Assembly: GCA_039831155.1 (NCBI GenBank)
Contig: JBDONT010000010.1
Location: 1-45,014, forward strand
Length of the DNA: 45,014 nt
Reading direction: 5' to 3'
Source: Nautiliaceae bacterium
Lineage (GTDB): Bacteria; Campylobacterota; Campylobacteria; Campylobacterales; Nautiliaceae
The notes under the pieces were generated by a model. It made no database searches, was not told the DNA's origin, and saw nothing but the letters and a program-made list of their open reading frames with translations. This document shows, piece after piece, positions 12,634 to 22,578 of this stretch. Each line of letters begins with the position of its first letter. The stretch's first letter is position 1. A program made the translations under genes and the position numbers.

Positions 12634-13163
12634 TTACCTAAAATTTTTACTTTCGAAGTGTCGATATTGCATTCGTTCGGGATTTTTTTAAGGTTTAAAG
12701 CAAGTTTGTCGTTATCCATAATTACAATTTCATTATTTAAAATGTGCTTTGCCACTTTTTTCGCACCTTCAAGAGAGTGCATATAGCAGCTTCCACACTG
12801 GTATACGTTGGCTTCCGGGATGGTGTCTGTATTTAGGATGTTTTCCATAGATTTTTTCCAAGTTTCGATTATTTCCTCATCTTTTGGTTCTCCTATTACG
12901 CTCATATAAAATCCCGTTCTGCACCCCATAGGAGAGATGTCTATTATTTCGTAATTAGGCAGATTGTCTCTCATAAATCCGGCAAAAAGATGTTCAAGAG
13001 TATGCATTGCCTTTTCGTCTATTATTTCAACGTTCGGTTTTGCGAATCTTACGTCATATACGGTAATTATATCCCCTTTTGGAGTTTTTACCTTTTTTGC
13101 TACTCTAAGGGCCGGAGATGGCATTTTTATATGGTCCACTAAAAAACTGTCAAGCATTGGCAT
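12630..13163 (-). CDS. luxS: S-ribosylhomocysteine lyase
   Basis: HTLEHLFAGFMR, ISPMGCRTGFY. Confidence 0.98.
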   Translation of the reverse strand: MPMLDSFLVDHIKMPSPALRVAKKVKTPKGDIITVYDVRFAKPNVEIIDEKAMHTLEHLFAGFMRDNLPNYEIIDISPMGCRTGFYMSVIGEPKDEEIIETWKKSMENILNTDTIPEANVYQCGSCYMHSLEGAKKVAKHILNNEIVIMDNDKLALNLKKIPNECNIDTSKVKILGK

Positions 13164-13199
13164 ATTAATCCTTTTTTATTTGCAATTATACACCATTTT

Positions 13200-13290
13200 T
13201 GATAAAATTCCGTTTCTAGTTCTCACCTCTTTATTCCTTGGTAGGGTTGCACCAAAAGGTGTTAAAGAAGAGGGAGGCTAAACCCGAACC
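13200..13290 (+). promoter_or_regulatory. rpsB promoter and structured S2 leader
   Basis: Extended -10 TGATAAAAT 13200-13208. Hairpin TTGGT/ACCAA with loop GGGTT (13244-13248) complementary to AACCC (13281-13285). Confidence 0.7.
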
Positions 13291-13319
13291 AAAAAAAACA
13301 AATAATTCAAGGAGAAATA

Positions 13320-14156
13320 ATGCCGTGTAATGTAACAATGAAAGACTTATTAGAGTGTGGTGTACATTTTGGTCATCAAAAGAGAAGATGGAATCCGAAA
13401 ATGAAAAAATATATTTTCGGTGTAAGAAAAAATATTTATATTATCGACCTTCAAAAAACATTAAGACACATTAAATATGCTTACAATGTAGTTAAAAACG
13501 CTGCAGAAGAAGGAAAAACTATTCTATTTGTAGGTACTAAAAAACAAGCGGTAGACGCTATTAAAGAACACGCTACAAGATGTGGAATGCCATATGTAAA
13601 CCACAGATGGCTTGGTGGAATGGTTACAAACTTCAAAACTATTCAAAAATCAATTAGAAAACTTGAAATCATTGAAAAAATGGAAGAAACCGGACAAATT
13701 AATCTTTTAACTAAAAAAGAAAGATTAATTTTAGCTAGAAGAAAAGCTAAACTTGAAAAATTCATCGGTGGTATTAGACATATGAAAAAAATTCCTGATA
13801 TGCTTTTCATTATCGATACTGTAAAAGAAAAAATCGCAGTTGGTGAAGCAAATAAACTTGGTCTTCCGATTGTCGCACCTGTAGATACAAACTGCGACCC
13901 TGATTTAATCGACTATCCAATCCCAGGAAACGACGATGCGATTAGAAGTGTTAATCTATTCTGTAAAACAATTGCCGATGCGATTATCGAAGGAAAAGAA
14001 TTAGCGGCAAAAGAGGAAGAAGGTGGAGTAGAGCCTATTTCTCAAGAAGAAATCGCAGAGGAAGTAAAAGAGATTAAAGAAGAAGCAAAAGCTGAAGAAA
14101 AAACTGAAGAAGAAATTAAAGCTGAAACTGAAGAAATTAAAGCTGAGGAGGCGTAA
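13320..14156 (+). CDS. rpsB: 30S ribosomal protein S2
   Basis: [25 protein letters not shown]; acidic tail. Confidence 0.99.
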   Translation: MPCNVTMKDLLECGVHFGHQKRRWNPKMKKYIFGVRKNIYIIDLQKTLRHIKYAYNVVKNAAEEGKTILFVGTKKQAVDAIKEHATRCGMPYVNHRWLGGMVTNFKTIQKSIRKLEIIEKMEETGQINLLTKKERLILARRKAKLEKFIGGIRHMKKIPDMLFIIDTVKEKIAVGEANKLGLPIVAPVDTNCDPDLIDYPIPGNDDAIRSVNLFCKTIADAIIEGKELAAKEEEGGVEPISQEEIAEEVKEIKEEAKAEEKTEEEIKAETEEIKAEEA

Positions 14157-14157
14157 T

Positions 14158-15081
14158 ATGGCAAATATAACTGCTGCAATGGTAAAGGCGCTTAGGGAAA
14201 AAACAGGCGCCGGAATGATGGATTGTAAAAAAGCTCTTGTAGAAGCTGAAGGTAACGAAGAAAAAGCTATTGAAATCTTAAGAAAAAAAGGTCTTGCAAA
14301 AGCAGCTAAAAAAGCAGATAGAAACGCTGCTGAAGGTAGAGTTGAAATTTATATCAGTGACGATTACAAAAAAGGAAGTATTGCAGAAGTTAACTGTGAA
14401 ACCGACTTCGTTGCTAAAACTGACGAATTTATCGAATTTGTTAGCGAAACTGTAAAAATTATCAATGTAAACGACATTGCAGATGTTGAAAGCTTAAATA
14501 AAGCTCCTTTTGGTGAGGGAACTTTTGAAGAAGAGCTTAAAGTTAAAATCGCAAAAATTGGTGAAAATATCGTAGTTAGAAGAATTGCGACAATTAAAGC
14601 TCCGGAAAACGGAATCGTAAACGGATACATTCACGCCGGTGGAAAAGTTGGTGTACTTGTAGCAGCTGTGTGTGACAGTGAAAAAACTTGCGAAGCAATT
14701 AAAGGCACTTTAAGAGACATAGCAATGCATATTGCTGCAATGAAACCTCAATACTTAAACCCAGAAAGCGTACCGGCTGATGTGATTGAAAAAGAAAAAG
14801 AAATTGCAAAAGCTCAACTTCTAAAAGAAGGTAAACCGGAAAACGTAATTGAAAAAATTATCCCTGGTAAAATTAAAAGATTCTTTAGTGATGTATGTGT
14901 AACAGAACAAGAATACGTAAAAGCAGAGAAAAAAGAAACAGTTGCCCAGGCTTTAAGCAAAGCGGCAAAAGCTGTAGGTGGAGAAGCTAAACTTGTTGAC
15001 TTTATTAGATTTGAAGTTGGCGAAGGTTTAGTTAAAAACGCTTGCAATATGGCGGATGAAGTAGCAGCGGCTCTATCTTAA
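14158..15081 (+). CDS. tsf: Elongation factor Ts
   Basis: LREKTGAGMMDCKKAL, EVNCETDFVA. Confidence 0.99.
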   Translation: MANITAAMVKALREKTGAGMMDCKKALVEAEGNEEKAIEILRKKGLAKAAKKADRNAAEGRVEIYISDDYKKGSIAEVNCETDFVAKTDEFIEFVSETVKIINVNDIADVESLNKAPFGEGTFEEELKVKIAKIGENIVVRRIATIKAPENGIVNGYIHAGGKVGVLVAAVCDSEKTCEAIKGTLRDIAMHIAAMKPQYLNPESVPADVIEKEKEIAKAQLLKEGKPENVIEKIIPGKIKRFFSDVCVTEQEYVKAEKKETVAQALSKAAKAVGGEAKLVDFIRFEVGEGLVKNACNMADEVAAALS

Positions 15082-15095
15082 GCCTCTGCTTTTTT
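15063..15095 (+). terminator. Intrinsic terminator after tsf
   Basis: AGCAGCGGCT...AGCCTCTGCT stem (one mismatch) followed by a T run. Confidence 0.6.
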
Positions 15096-15191
15096 ATTTC
15101 TATTGCATTTAGTGCCAGGTGATTTTTTTAAATCCTTTAAAGGTTTTTTTATGTTTTAAATATTTTGTTATAATTTCTTAAAAAGGCCGTT

Positions 15192-15836
15192 ATGTTAAAA
15201 GTTAGAAATCTTACCCATTCTTTTGATTATCTTTTATTTGAAAACGTTAATTTAGAAATTAAACCGAAAGAAAAAATAGCTATCGTTGGAAGCAGTGGGA
15301 GTGGAAAATCGACTCTTCTTCATATTTTATCTTCGTTTTTAAAGCCAAATGCTGGGGAAGTTGTTATAAACGATAAAAATATTTACTCTTTAAAAGAAAA
15401 AGATTTAATTGAAATGAGAAAAAAAGAGATAGGGATTATCTTTCAGTTCCATTATCTTTTTAATACCTTTACGGCTCTTGAGAATTTAAAGGTTGCCGCT
15501 ATTTTAAGTAAAGAGAGTGTGGAGTTTGAACTTTTGGAGAGATTAAAAATAAAAGATGTTATAAATCAAAACATCCAAACCTTAAGCGGAGGTCAGCAGC
15601 AAAGAGTAAGTATAGCAAGAGTGCTTACTAAAAAACCTAAAATTATTTTTGCAGACGAACCTACCGGAAATTTGGATAAAGAAAATGCATATGAGGTTAT
15701 TGAAATTTTAAAAGAGTATTGTGATGAAAACGAGGCTTCTTTAATTACCGTAACTCACGATATGGATATCGCTAAAAAATTTGATAAAGTGTATGAATTA
15801 AAAAATAAAAAGCTGGTTTTAAATGGAGATAATTAA
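15192..15836 (+). CDS. ABC transporter ATP-binding protein (LolD-like)
   Basis: GSSGSGKST, LSGGQQQRV, ADEPTGNLD. Confidence 0.9.
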   Translation: MLKVRNLTHSFDYLLFENVNLEIKPKEKIAIVGSSGSGKSTLLHILSSFLKPNAGEVVINDKNIYSLKEKDLIEMRKKEIGIIFQFHYLFNTFTALENLKVAAILSKESVEFELLERLKIKDVINQNIQTLSGGQQQRVSIARVLTKKPKIIFADEPTGNLDKENAYEVIEILKEYCDENEASLITVTHDMDIAKKFDKVYELKNKKLVLNGDN

Positions 15837-16587
15837 CTATTTAACGCCCGTTAACGTAGTTACTTATTTACTTTTATTTGTGAGGATTAGTTCTTTTTTG
15901 TCTTTTTTGCCTTTTTTTAATTATACTACTATTCCTATGAGTGCGAAGGCTGCTTTTGCTTTTTGGCTTAGTATAGTGCTTTTTCCTTTGACTCCTAAAT
16001 TTTCTTATGAGATTAATTTTATTAATATTGTATTGAGTGTTTTAAATGAAGTTGCGTTTGCTTTTTTTGTAGGGACGGCTTTAGGGCTTATTTTTGATAT
16101 TTTAAGATATGCGGGAGAACAGATAAGTTTTGTCATGGGGTTTACTATGGCAAACGTCCTTGACCCGAATGCCGGAGTACAAACCACTATAGTTTCGCAG
16201 TTTCTTATTTGGGTTGCTGTTTTGGTGTTTTTGAGTTTCGGTGGGGATAGGCTTGAGATTATGTTTTTGGCAAAAAGTTTAACGATGTTGCCTTTTGGGG
16301 AGTTTTTTAATTATAAAAATGTTTATGAATATTTTATCATTTATATGGGCAAATATTTTTTGATAGGAATTGCTATGGCTTTTCCTATTATTGCGATTTC
16401 TTTAATGGGGGATATAATTTTTGGAATGATAATGAAAACTATGCCTCAATTTAACTTGCTTGTTATAGGATTTCCTATAAAAATTACGTTGGCGTTTTTG
16501 GTTTTAACGGCTATTTTAGCATCTATGATGCAGGTTTTTTCTATAAATATAAAAGAAGCCTTTGATGTGGTTTTAGGCTTTATCTAG
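15823..16587 (+). CDS. fliR: Flagellar export protein FliR
   Basis: Very hydrophobic; AGEQISFVMGF, PQFNLLVIGFPIKI. Confidence 0.95.
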   Translation: MEIINYLTPVNVVTYLLLFVRISSFLSFLPFFNYTTIPMSAKAAFAFWLSIVLFPLTPKFSYEINFINIVLSVLNEVAFAFFVGTALGLIFDILRYAGEQISFVMGFTMANVLDPNAGVQTTIVSQFLIWVAVLVFLSFGGDRLEIMFLAKSLTMLPFGEFFNYKNVYEYFIIYMGKYFLIGIAMAFPIIAISLMGDIIFGMIMKTMPQFNLLVIGFPIKITLAFLVLTAILASMMQVFSINIKEAFDVVLGFI

Positions 16588-17098
16588 CTAATCTGTAATC
16601 TGTTGATAAGATTCTTAAATGATTAAAAAACGAATTAAAATTGGCTATTAAAAATCTATCTTCGCTTATCATTAGATATTCGAAGTTTTTGTAAAAGGCC
16701 GAATAAGAGTAATTCGCACTTCCGGTAATTAAATACGTATTGTCTATAATAGTCGATTTTACGTGCATTTTTGCTTTTTCTCCGTTTTTGTAACTTTTTC
16801 CGGATAAAAGATATACGTGGATATTTTGGATGGTTGCTAGTGATGGAATAACGGAATATTTATATCTGGCTTCTTTTTTATCGGCTATTATGGTTATTTT
16901 TACTCCGTGGGCTGCTGCTATTTTAAGGGCTTTTGCTATTTTTTTATTTGTGAACGTATAAATAGTCATTTTTATGTTGTTTTTTGCGTGAGAGAGGAGA
17001 TAACATACTCTTTTTTCTGCGACTTTTCCGTCTTGTGGCATAAAAAAGACATCACTTGCAAATAAAAAAACACTAAAAAATATGAGTAATTTTTTCAA
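16580..17098 (-). CDS. Secreted PLD-family nuclease (Nuc/NucT-like)
   Basis: Signal peptide; single HxKxxxxD (HVKSTIID) plus GSANYS; TTG start after AAGGAG. Confidence 0.85.
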   Translation of the reverse strand: MKKLLIFFSVFLFASDVFFMPQDGKVAEKRVCYLLSHAKNNIKMTIYTFTNKKIAKALKIAAAHGVKITIIADKKEARYKYSVIPSLATIQNIHVYLLSGKSYKNGEKAKMHVKSTIIDNTYLITGSANYSYSAFYKNFEYLMISEDRFLIANFNSFFNHLRILSTDYRLAR

Positions 17099-17145
17099 AA
17101 TTTCTCCTTTTTTAATATAATTATAATAAAAAAATGAGGTTTGCT

Positions 17146-18423
17146 ATGAAAATTCTTCTGATTACGTCAAATTCAACTATAGAAAAACTTTTTATTTTAA
17201 GTGCTGAGAAAAAAGGCGACGAAGTTGTTGTGTGTACGTCCGATAATTTAATAGAAGATGAGTTTAAAGCTGTTTTTATTGATAAAGACTCTTATTCTCA
17301 AGAACTTTATGAAAAATTGAAATCTTTATCTCCGGAAGCTAAATTTGTGCTTATCGTATCTAAAAAAGATGAAAAGCTTGACGGGTTTGATGATTATTTA
17401 ACTAAACCTTTTTTACCTACGGATTTGATTGAGATGTTGGAAAAACTTCCTCAAAAAGGTGGAAGTATATCTTCTAATAACGAAGATATGGATATAGAGA
17501 GCTTCGATGAATTTAAAGATTTGGAGCATAATGATTTTGATGATGAATTTGATTTTGAAGAGTTTTCTTTAGAAGATGAAAAAGAACATTTTGATAATGA
17601 ATTGATGGAAGATGAAATTGTAGGTGATGACGGTTTTGAAATAAGTGAAGACGAACTTGAAAAAGAAGCACCTGATAGTGATATTGAAGAAGAATTTGAG
17701 ATAGATGAAAATGAGTTAAAAGATGAACCTTTATCAGAAAATGGCAAGGTTGATGAAATGGAAGTTGATTTGGAAGCTTTGGAAGATAATAAAAATTTGG
17801 ATATTTTAGAAGATGAAGTAATGCTTGATGATGAAAAGGTAAAAGAGTTTGCCGACTCTTTACAAGAGATTGATAATTCTTTAGAAGAAATTGAGGAAGT
17901 TGAAGAGATAAATGACGATAAAGCTATGCAAGATGATTTGAAGTTGGAAGAATCTAATAGTGAAAATCAGGAAGATGAAACGGTTGGAGATATTTCACAA
18001 GATATTGTAGAAAATAGTGATGATAGTACGCTTGAAGATGAAATGTTAAAAGAAGATGTAGAAAATGAGGATATTAAAGAAGATTTTGAGGATGAAATTA
18101 GTATTGAGAATGAAGATGTTGAAAAGATAAAGAGCGAAGAAAATATCGAAGATGAAAAAGAAGACGAATTTAGTGATATTGATGAATATGAACTGGCCAG
18201 TGCTTTGGGAGAAGAGATGGAAATTGATGAAAAACCTCAAGAGAGTGTTGAGAATGAAGAAGAGACTCAACAAAATGTAAAAGAAATTGAAAAAGAAGAT
18301 TTTGTAGAAGAACCTAAGATGGGTTTGGAAGAAAAGACTCTTGGAAATATCTTAAATATTAACTGGGAAGAGCTTAAAAAAGCAAAAGCAAAAGTAACTA
18401 TAACAATAGATTTTGGAGATTAA
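17146..18423 (+). CDS. Highly acidic protein with degenerate receiver-like N-terminus
   Basis: KILLI...DDYLTKPFLPTD, long D/E-rich region; lies between fliR and gmk as in Campylobacter. Confidence 0.8.
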   Translation: MKILLITSNSTIEKLFILSAEKKGDEVVVCTSDNLIEDEFKAVFIDKDSYSQELYEKLKSLSPEAKFVLIVSKKDEKLDGFDDYLTKPFLPTDLIEMLEKLPQKGGSISSNNEDMDIESFDEFKDLEHNDFDDEFDFEEFSLEDEKEHFDNELMEDEIVGDDGFEISEDELEKEAPDSDIEEEFEIDENELKDEPLSENGKVDEMEVDLEALEDNKNLDILEDEVMLDDEKVKEFADSLQEIDNSLEEIEEVEEINDDKAMQDDLKLEESNSENQEDETVGDISQDIVENSDDSTLEDEMLKEDVENEDIKEDFEDEISIENEDVEKIKSEENIEDEKEDEFSDIDEYELASALGEEMEIDEKPQESVENEEETQQNVKEIEKEDFVEEPKMGLEEKTLGNILNINWEELKKAKAKVTITIDFGD

Positions 18424-18424
18424 A

Positions 18425-19051
18425 ATGAATGGGAAAAACGGAAGTATTTTAGTAGTTTCAGGTCCTAGTGGAAGTGGTAAAACATCGCTTGCCAGAAAAG
18501 TTTGTGAAGAGTTTGGAGATAGGGCGTATTTTAGTATCTCAAGTACTACGCGTCCTAAAAGAGAAGGCGAAGAAGAAGGAGTTGATTACTATTTTTTAAC
18601 TAAAGAGGAGTTTATAAAAGATATTGAAGACGGATATTTTCTTGAATGGGCAGAAGTTCACGGGAATTTTTACGGAACCAGCAAAAGACAGATAGATAAG
18701 GCTTTAGGTGAAGGTAAGATAGTATTTTTAGATATTGACGTACAAGGGTATGAACTTGTTAAAAAGGCTTATCCGGATATTACTACCGGTATTTTTGTAA
18801 CTACTCCTAATGAAGAGATATTAAAACAAAGACTCTTAAATAGAGGTACGGAGACTGAAGAGAGTTTAAAGGTTAGAATGTTTAACGCGTTACAAGAGAT
18901 GAAAAAAATCCCGGAATATGATTATTTGCTTATAAATGATGATTTTGATGAGGCTAAAGAGTTTTTAAAAAGTGTTGCAATTGCTAGTTTGATTAAAGTG
19001 AGCAAATATGATATCGATAAATTTATAAACGAATGGAAAGGAAATAAATGA
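18425..19051 (+). CDS. gmk: Guanylate kinase
   Basis: [33 protein letters not shown]. Confidence 0.97.
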   Translation: MNGKNGSILVVSGPSGSGKTSLARKVCEEFGDRAYFSISSTTRPKREGEEEGVDYYFLTKEEFIKDIEDGYFLEWAEVHGNFYGTSKRQIDKALGEGKIVFLDIDVQGYELVKKAYPDITTGIFVTTPNEEILKQRLLNRGTETEESLKVRMFNALQEMKKIPEYDYLLINDDFDEAKEFLKSVAIASLIKVSKYDIDKFINEWKGNK

Positions 19052-20670
19052 AAAAAAGAGTAAGTAATATTTTAAGAGAACATCTAAACGAGCATCCTCC
19101 GATTCAAAAACCAAGAGAGAAAAAGTTCGGTCATTTTGCAGTACCGGTTTTTAAATATGCAAAAATAAACAAACAAAATCCCGTTGAGTTTGCTAAAAAT
19201 TTATGTGAAAAGCTTAAAGGTTGCGAAGAATTTGAGAGTGCGGAGCCTTTGAGCGGGTTTGTAAATATTAAGCTTAGCGATAAATTTTTAGATGAATTTG
19301 CAAATAGAGTAATTGAAGAGAAAGATACTTTTGCTAAAGGTAGCGGAAAAGAAAAAATACTTCTTGAATACATTTCAGCCAATCCTACGGGACCACTTCA
19401 TATAGGACACGCAAGAGGAGCGGTGTTTGGAGATGCCTTAGCACGTATAGGAAGACACGTAGGGTATGATATAGTGACTGAATATTATGTAAATGATGCC
19501 GGGCGTCAGATTAATCTTCTTGGACTTTCCGTATATCTTAGTGCAAGAGAAATTTTAGGACTTAGCGTTGAGTGGCCGGATGAATATTATAGAGGTGAAT
19601 ATATAAAAGATTTAGCAAAAGAGGCTATAAGTGAATTTGGAGAAGAGTATTTTAAAAAACCTGTAGAAATTATAGAAATTGATGGAAAAAAAGAAGCTAA
19701 ATTTGAAGATGAGAGACTAAGTCTATGGGCAAAAGACAAGATGCTTGAAGAGATTAAAAAAGATATAAAAGCCCTAAACGTTACACTGTTTGATAATTGG
19801 GTTAGTGAGAGAAGTCTTTATAAATATTGGGATGAGGTTAGAAAAATTCTTGAAGAGCACAATGCTTTATATGAAAAAGACGGGAAAATCTGGCTAAAAA
19901 GTAGTGAGTTTAAAGATGAAAAAGATAGAGTTGTAGTTAGAGAAGACGGGCGTCCAACTTACTTAGCAGGGGATATTATTTATCATTGGGATAAATTCAA
20001 AAGAGGCTATGATAGATACATAAATATCTGGGGAGCGGACCATCACGGATATATTGCAAGGGTAAAGGCTGCTATTAAGTTCCTTGGATTTGAGCCTCAA
20101 AAACTTGAAATACTTCTCTCTCAAATGGTTAGACTCCTAAAAGGTGGAGAGCCTTATAAAATGAGCAAAAGGGCTGGGAATTTTATATTAGTTAGAGATG
20201 TAGTTGAAGATGTTGGGGCTGATGCACTTAGATTTGTGTTTTTAACAAAAAAAGCCGATACTCATCTTGAATTTGACGTTGATGATTTAAATAAAGAGGA
20301 TGCAAGTAACCCAAACTATTATGTAAACTACGCTCATGCAAGAATTAGAAGTATTTTTAGAAACAAAGGAATTGAATATGACGATGTTAAGGGAGTTGAG
20401 TTAAAAAATCTTACAGAAGATGAGAAGGATTTATTGTTTTTAGCTCTTCAGCTTCCATATGTACTTGAAGATGCGTTTAATGCAAGAGAGCCACATAGAC
20501 TTACAAACTTTTTAATTGAACTGGCAAGTGAATTTCATAGGTTTTATAATAAAAACAAAGTGATTGGAAGTGAAAGAGAAGATATTAGACTAAAAATTTT
20601 AGCAGTTGCTGGAAACATTATTAAACTTGGTCTTAGTCTTCTTGGAATTAAGGCTAAGGAGAGAATGTAG
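19048..20670 (+). CDS. argS: Arginine--tRNA ligase
   Basis: [29 protein letters not shown]. Confidence 0.98.
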   Translation: MKKRVSNILREHLNEHPPIQKPREKKFGHFAVPVFKYAKINKQNPVEFAKNLCEKLKGCEEFESAEPLSGFVNIKLSDKFLDEFANRVIEEKDTFAKGSGKEKILLEYISANPTGPLHIGHARGAVFGDALARIGRHVGYDIVTEYYVNDAGRQINLLGLSVYLSAREILGLSVEWPDEYYRGEYIKDLAKEAISEFGEEYFKKPVEIIEIDGKKEAKFEDERLSLWAKDKMLEEIKKDIKALNVTLFDNWVSERSLYKYWDEVRKILEEHNALYEKDGKIWLKSSEFKDEKDRVVVREDGRPTYLAGDIIYHWDKFKRGYDRYINIWGADHHGYIARVKAAIKFLGFEPQKLEILLSQMVRLLKGGEPYKMSKRAGNFILVRDVVEDVGADALRFVFLTKKADTHLEFDVDDLNKEDASNPNYYVNYAHARIRSIFRNKGIEYDDVKGVELKNLTEDEKDLLFLALQLPYVLEDAFNAREPHRLTNFLIELASEFHRFYNKNKVIGSEREDIRLKILAVAGNIIKLGLSLLGIKAKERM

Positions 20671-21092
20671 TGAAGGCGTTAATTAGTGAGTGTATGCTAG
20701 GAGTTGCGTGTAGGTATGATGGAAAATCTAAGCCTTTGAGTGATGAGATTTTAAATAAACTAAGAGAAAAATATGAGCTTGTTCCTTTTTGCCCGGAAGC
20801 CTTTTCTCTTCCAACGCCTCGCCCTCCTGCAAGGTTTGTTGGTGATAGGATAATTGATATAAACGGAGTTGATAAAACCAAAGAGTTTTTAGCTGGGGCA
20901 AAAGAAGCCCTTAGGATTTGCAAAGAAAAGAGGATAAAGATATTTATCGGAAAAGAGAAATCTCCAAGCTGTGGAGTTAAAAAAACAAGTGCTTATGTTA
21001 ATGGGTGTGAATGTAAGTGCGATGCACCTGGACTTACAAGCAAAATTTTAAAAGAAAACGGAATTGAGCTTATAAGTGAATGGGATTTGTAA
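20670..21092 (+). CDS. DUF523 / 2-thiouracil desulfurase-family protein
   Basis: SEC.LG..CRYDG, CPE, KSPSCG. Confidence 0.85.
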   Translation: MKALISECMLGVACRYDGKSKPLSDEILNKLREKYELVPFCPEAFSLPTPRPPARFVGDRIIDINGVDKTKEFLAGAKEALRICKEKRIKIFIGKEKSPSCGVKKTSAYVNGCECKCDAPGLTSKILKENGIELISEWDL

Positions 21093-21102
21093 AGGAGAAG
21101 GG

Positions 21103-21906
21103 ATGAAAAAGTTATTGTTTTTTTTTGTATTGGTGTTTTTAGTGGGGTGTGCTAGTCATATTTATCCGGCAAAAGTTGAGAAAAAAAGTGCTACTTTAGA
21201 AAAAGTTAATAATATTGATAATTTGCCTCAACAGCCTTTCACCGATAAAGTAATAGCCATAGTGGCACCGGAAATTCATTTTATAAAAGATGAAGATAAA
21301 AGTACTTTTGATATTGATGATATTTTTACGAAGACTTTAAAGTCCAAACTTTCCGTTTATATGATATCGGATATAGAGGAGCTTTTGTTGAAAAAAGGTT
21401 TTAAGATTAAAGGTCCTTATGATTCTTTTGATGAAATTACTTATGAAGATAAGAAAAAGACTTATTTGGCGTTTGTTCCAAAAGTTTATTTATATATCAA
21501 AAAAGAGACAAAAGACAGATACTGTGCTATGAATTATTGTTTTGAGAGGGGAGTTTTAAAAATAAGTGGAAATGTGAAAATTATTTTGGAAGAGCCTTTA
21601 ACAAAGCAGATTTTTATGGTTAAAAATATTAAAATACAATCTTTTTCTCAAGAGTATGAGTATGGCAGTCCTTTTGTTTTTAATTTGAATTCTCAAAACT
21701 CTTTAAATCAAATCGGTCTTTTAAATCAAAGAAATATTCCTCTTCAAAAAAGAGTTGTAATTGATAATACCCAAAAAGTTTTAGCCGACCTTTTAAATAA
21801 GTTTTATCACTCTTTTGTTTCTCAAATGATAAAATATATAGATAAAGAAGAAATTTTAAGCTACGCAAAAGATATTAAACATTTAAAAGCTCAAAAGAGA
21901 TATTAA
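21103..21906 (+). CDS. Lipoprotein, HpaA-like family
   Basis: Lipobox LVGC; KGFKIKGPYDSFDEITY.DKK segment recalled from HpaA-family proteins. Confidence 0.6.
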   Translation: MKKLLFFFVLVFLVGCASHIYPAKVEKKSATLEKVNNIDNLPQQPFTDKVIAIVAPEIHFIKDEDKSTFDIDDIFTKTLKSKLSVYMISDIEELLLKKGFKIKGPYDSFDEITYEDKKKTYLAFVPKVYLYIKKETKDRYCAMNYCFERGVLKISGNVKIILEEPLTKQIFMVKNIKIQSFSQEYEYGSPFVFNLNSQNSLNQIGLLNQRNIPLQKRVVIDNTQKVLADLLNKFYHSFVSQMIKYIDKEEILSYAKDIKHLKAQKRY

Positions 21907-21909
21907 AGA

Positions 21910-22578
21910 CTAGGAAAGCTCGTAAAGCTCTCCTTTTTCTAAATGTATTTGTCTGTATTTTATATTGAATGTTTGAGGTAGAGAGTGAGAAGCTATAAGG
22001 ATTGTTATGTTTTTTTCTCTGTTTGCCATAATAAATAAATCCATTACTAAACTTGCCGAATATTCATCGAGTCCCGAAATGGGTTCGTCTGCCAAAATCA
22101 TAACCGGGTCGTGAATTATGGCTCTTGCAATTGCCGCTCTTTGCTGTTCACCTCCGCTAAGTTCGGCCGGATATTTATCAAGTTTATGAGCTAGATTAAC
22201 TTTATCTAAAAGTTGTATTGCTTTATTTTGGGCATTTTTTTTATCTATACCTATTATTAGCAAAGGGAGCATAACATTTTTTAATATAGTCCATTCCGGT
22301 ATTAATTTATAATCTTGAAATACTACTCCTAGATATTTTCTCAAATAAGTGAGCTTTGATTTTTTTATTTTATAAAGTTCTATTCCACCTACGTTTAAAG
22401 AACCTTTAATTATCGGAATTTCTCCGTATAAAGATTTAATAATTGTAGTTTTTCCGCTTCCGCTGACTCCGGTTAAAAATACAAAATCTTGTGTATTAAT
22501 TTTGAAATTAGCATTTTTTATAACCGGGATTTTATTATATCCGGTGTATAAATTTTTTGCTTCTACAAGGATTCTCAT
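21910..22578 (-). CDS. ftsE: Cell division ATP-binding protein FtsE-like
   Basis: FVFLTGVSGSGKTT, GVVFQDYKLI, LSGGEQQR; follows trmB as in Campylobacter. Confidence 0.85.
   Translation of the reverse strand: MRILVEAKNLYTGYNKIPVIKNANFKINTQDFVFLTGVSGSGKTTIIKSLYGEIPIIKGSLNVGGIELYKIKKSKLTYLRKYLGVVFQDYKLIPEWTILKNVMLPLLIIGIDKKNAQNKAIQLLDKVNLAHKLDKYPAELSGGEQQRAAIARAIIHDPVMILADEPISGLDEYSASLVMDLFIMANREKNITILIASHSLPQTFNIKYRQIHLEKGELYELS

Noticed and set aside
14060-14150. Repeated GAAGAAATTAAAGCTGA units at the rpsB 3' end
   Set aside because: Coding low-complexity acidic tail (EEIKAE), not a CRISPR or mobile repeat
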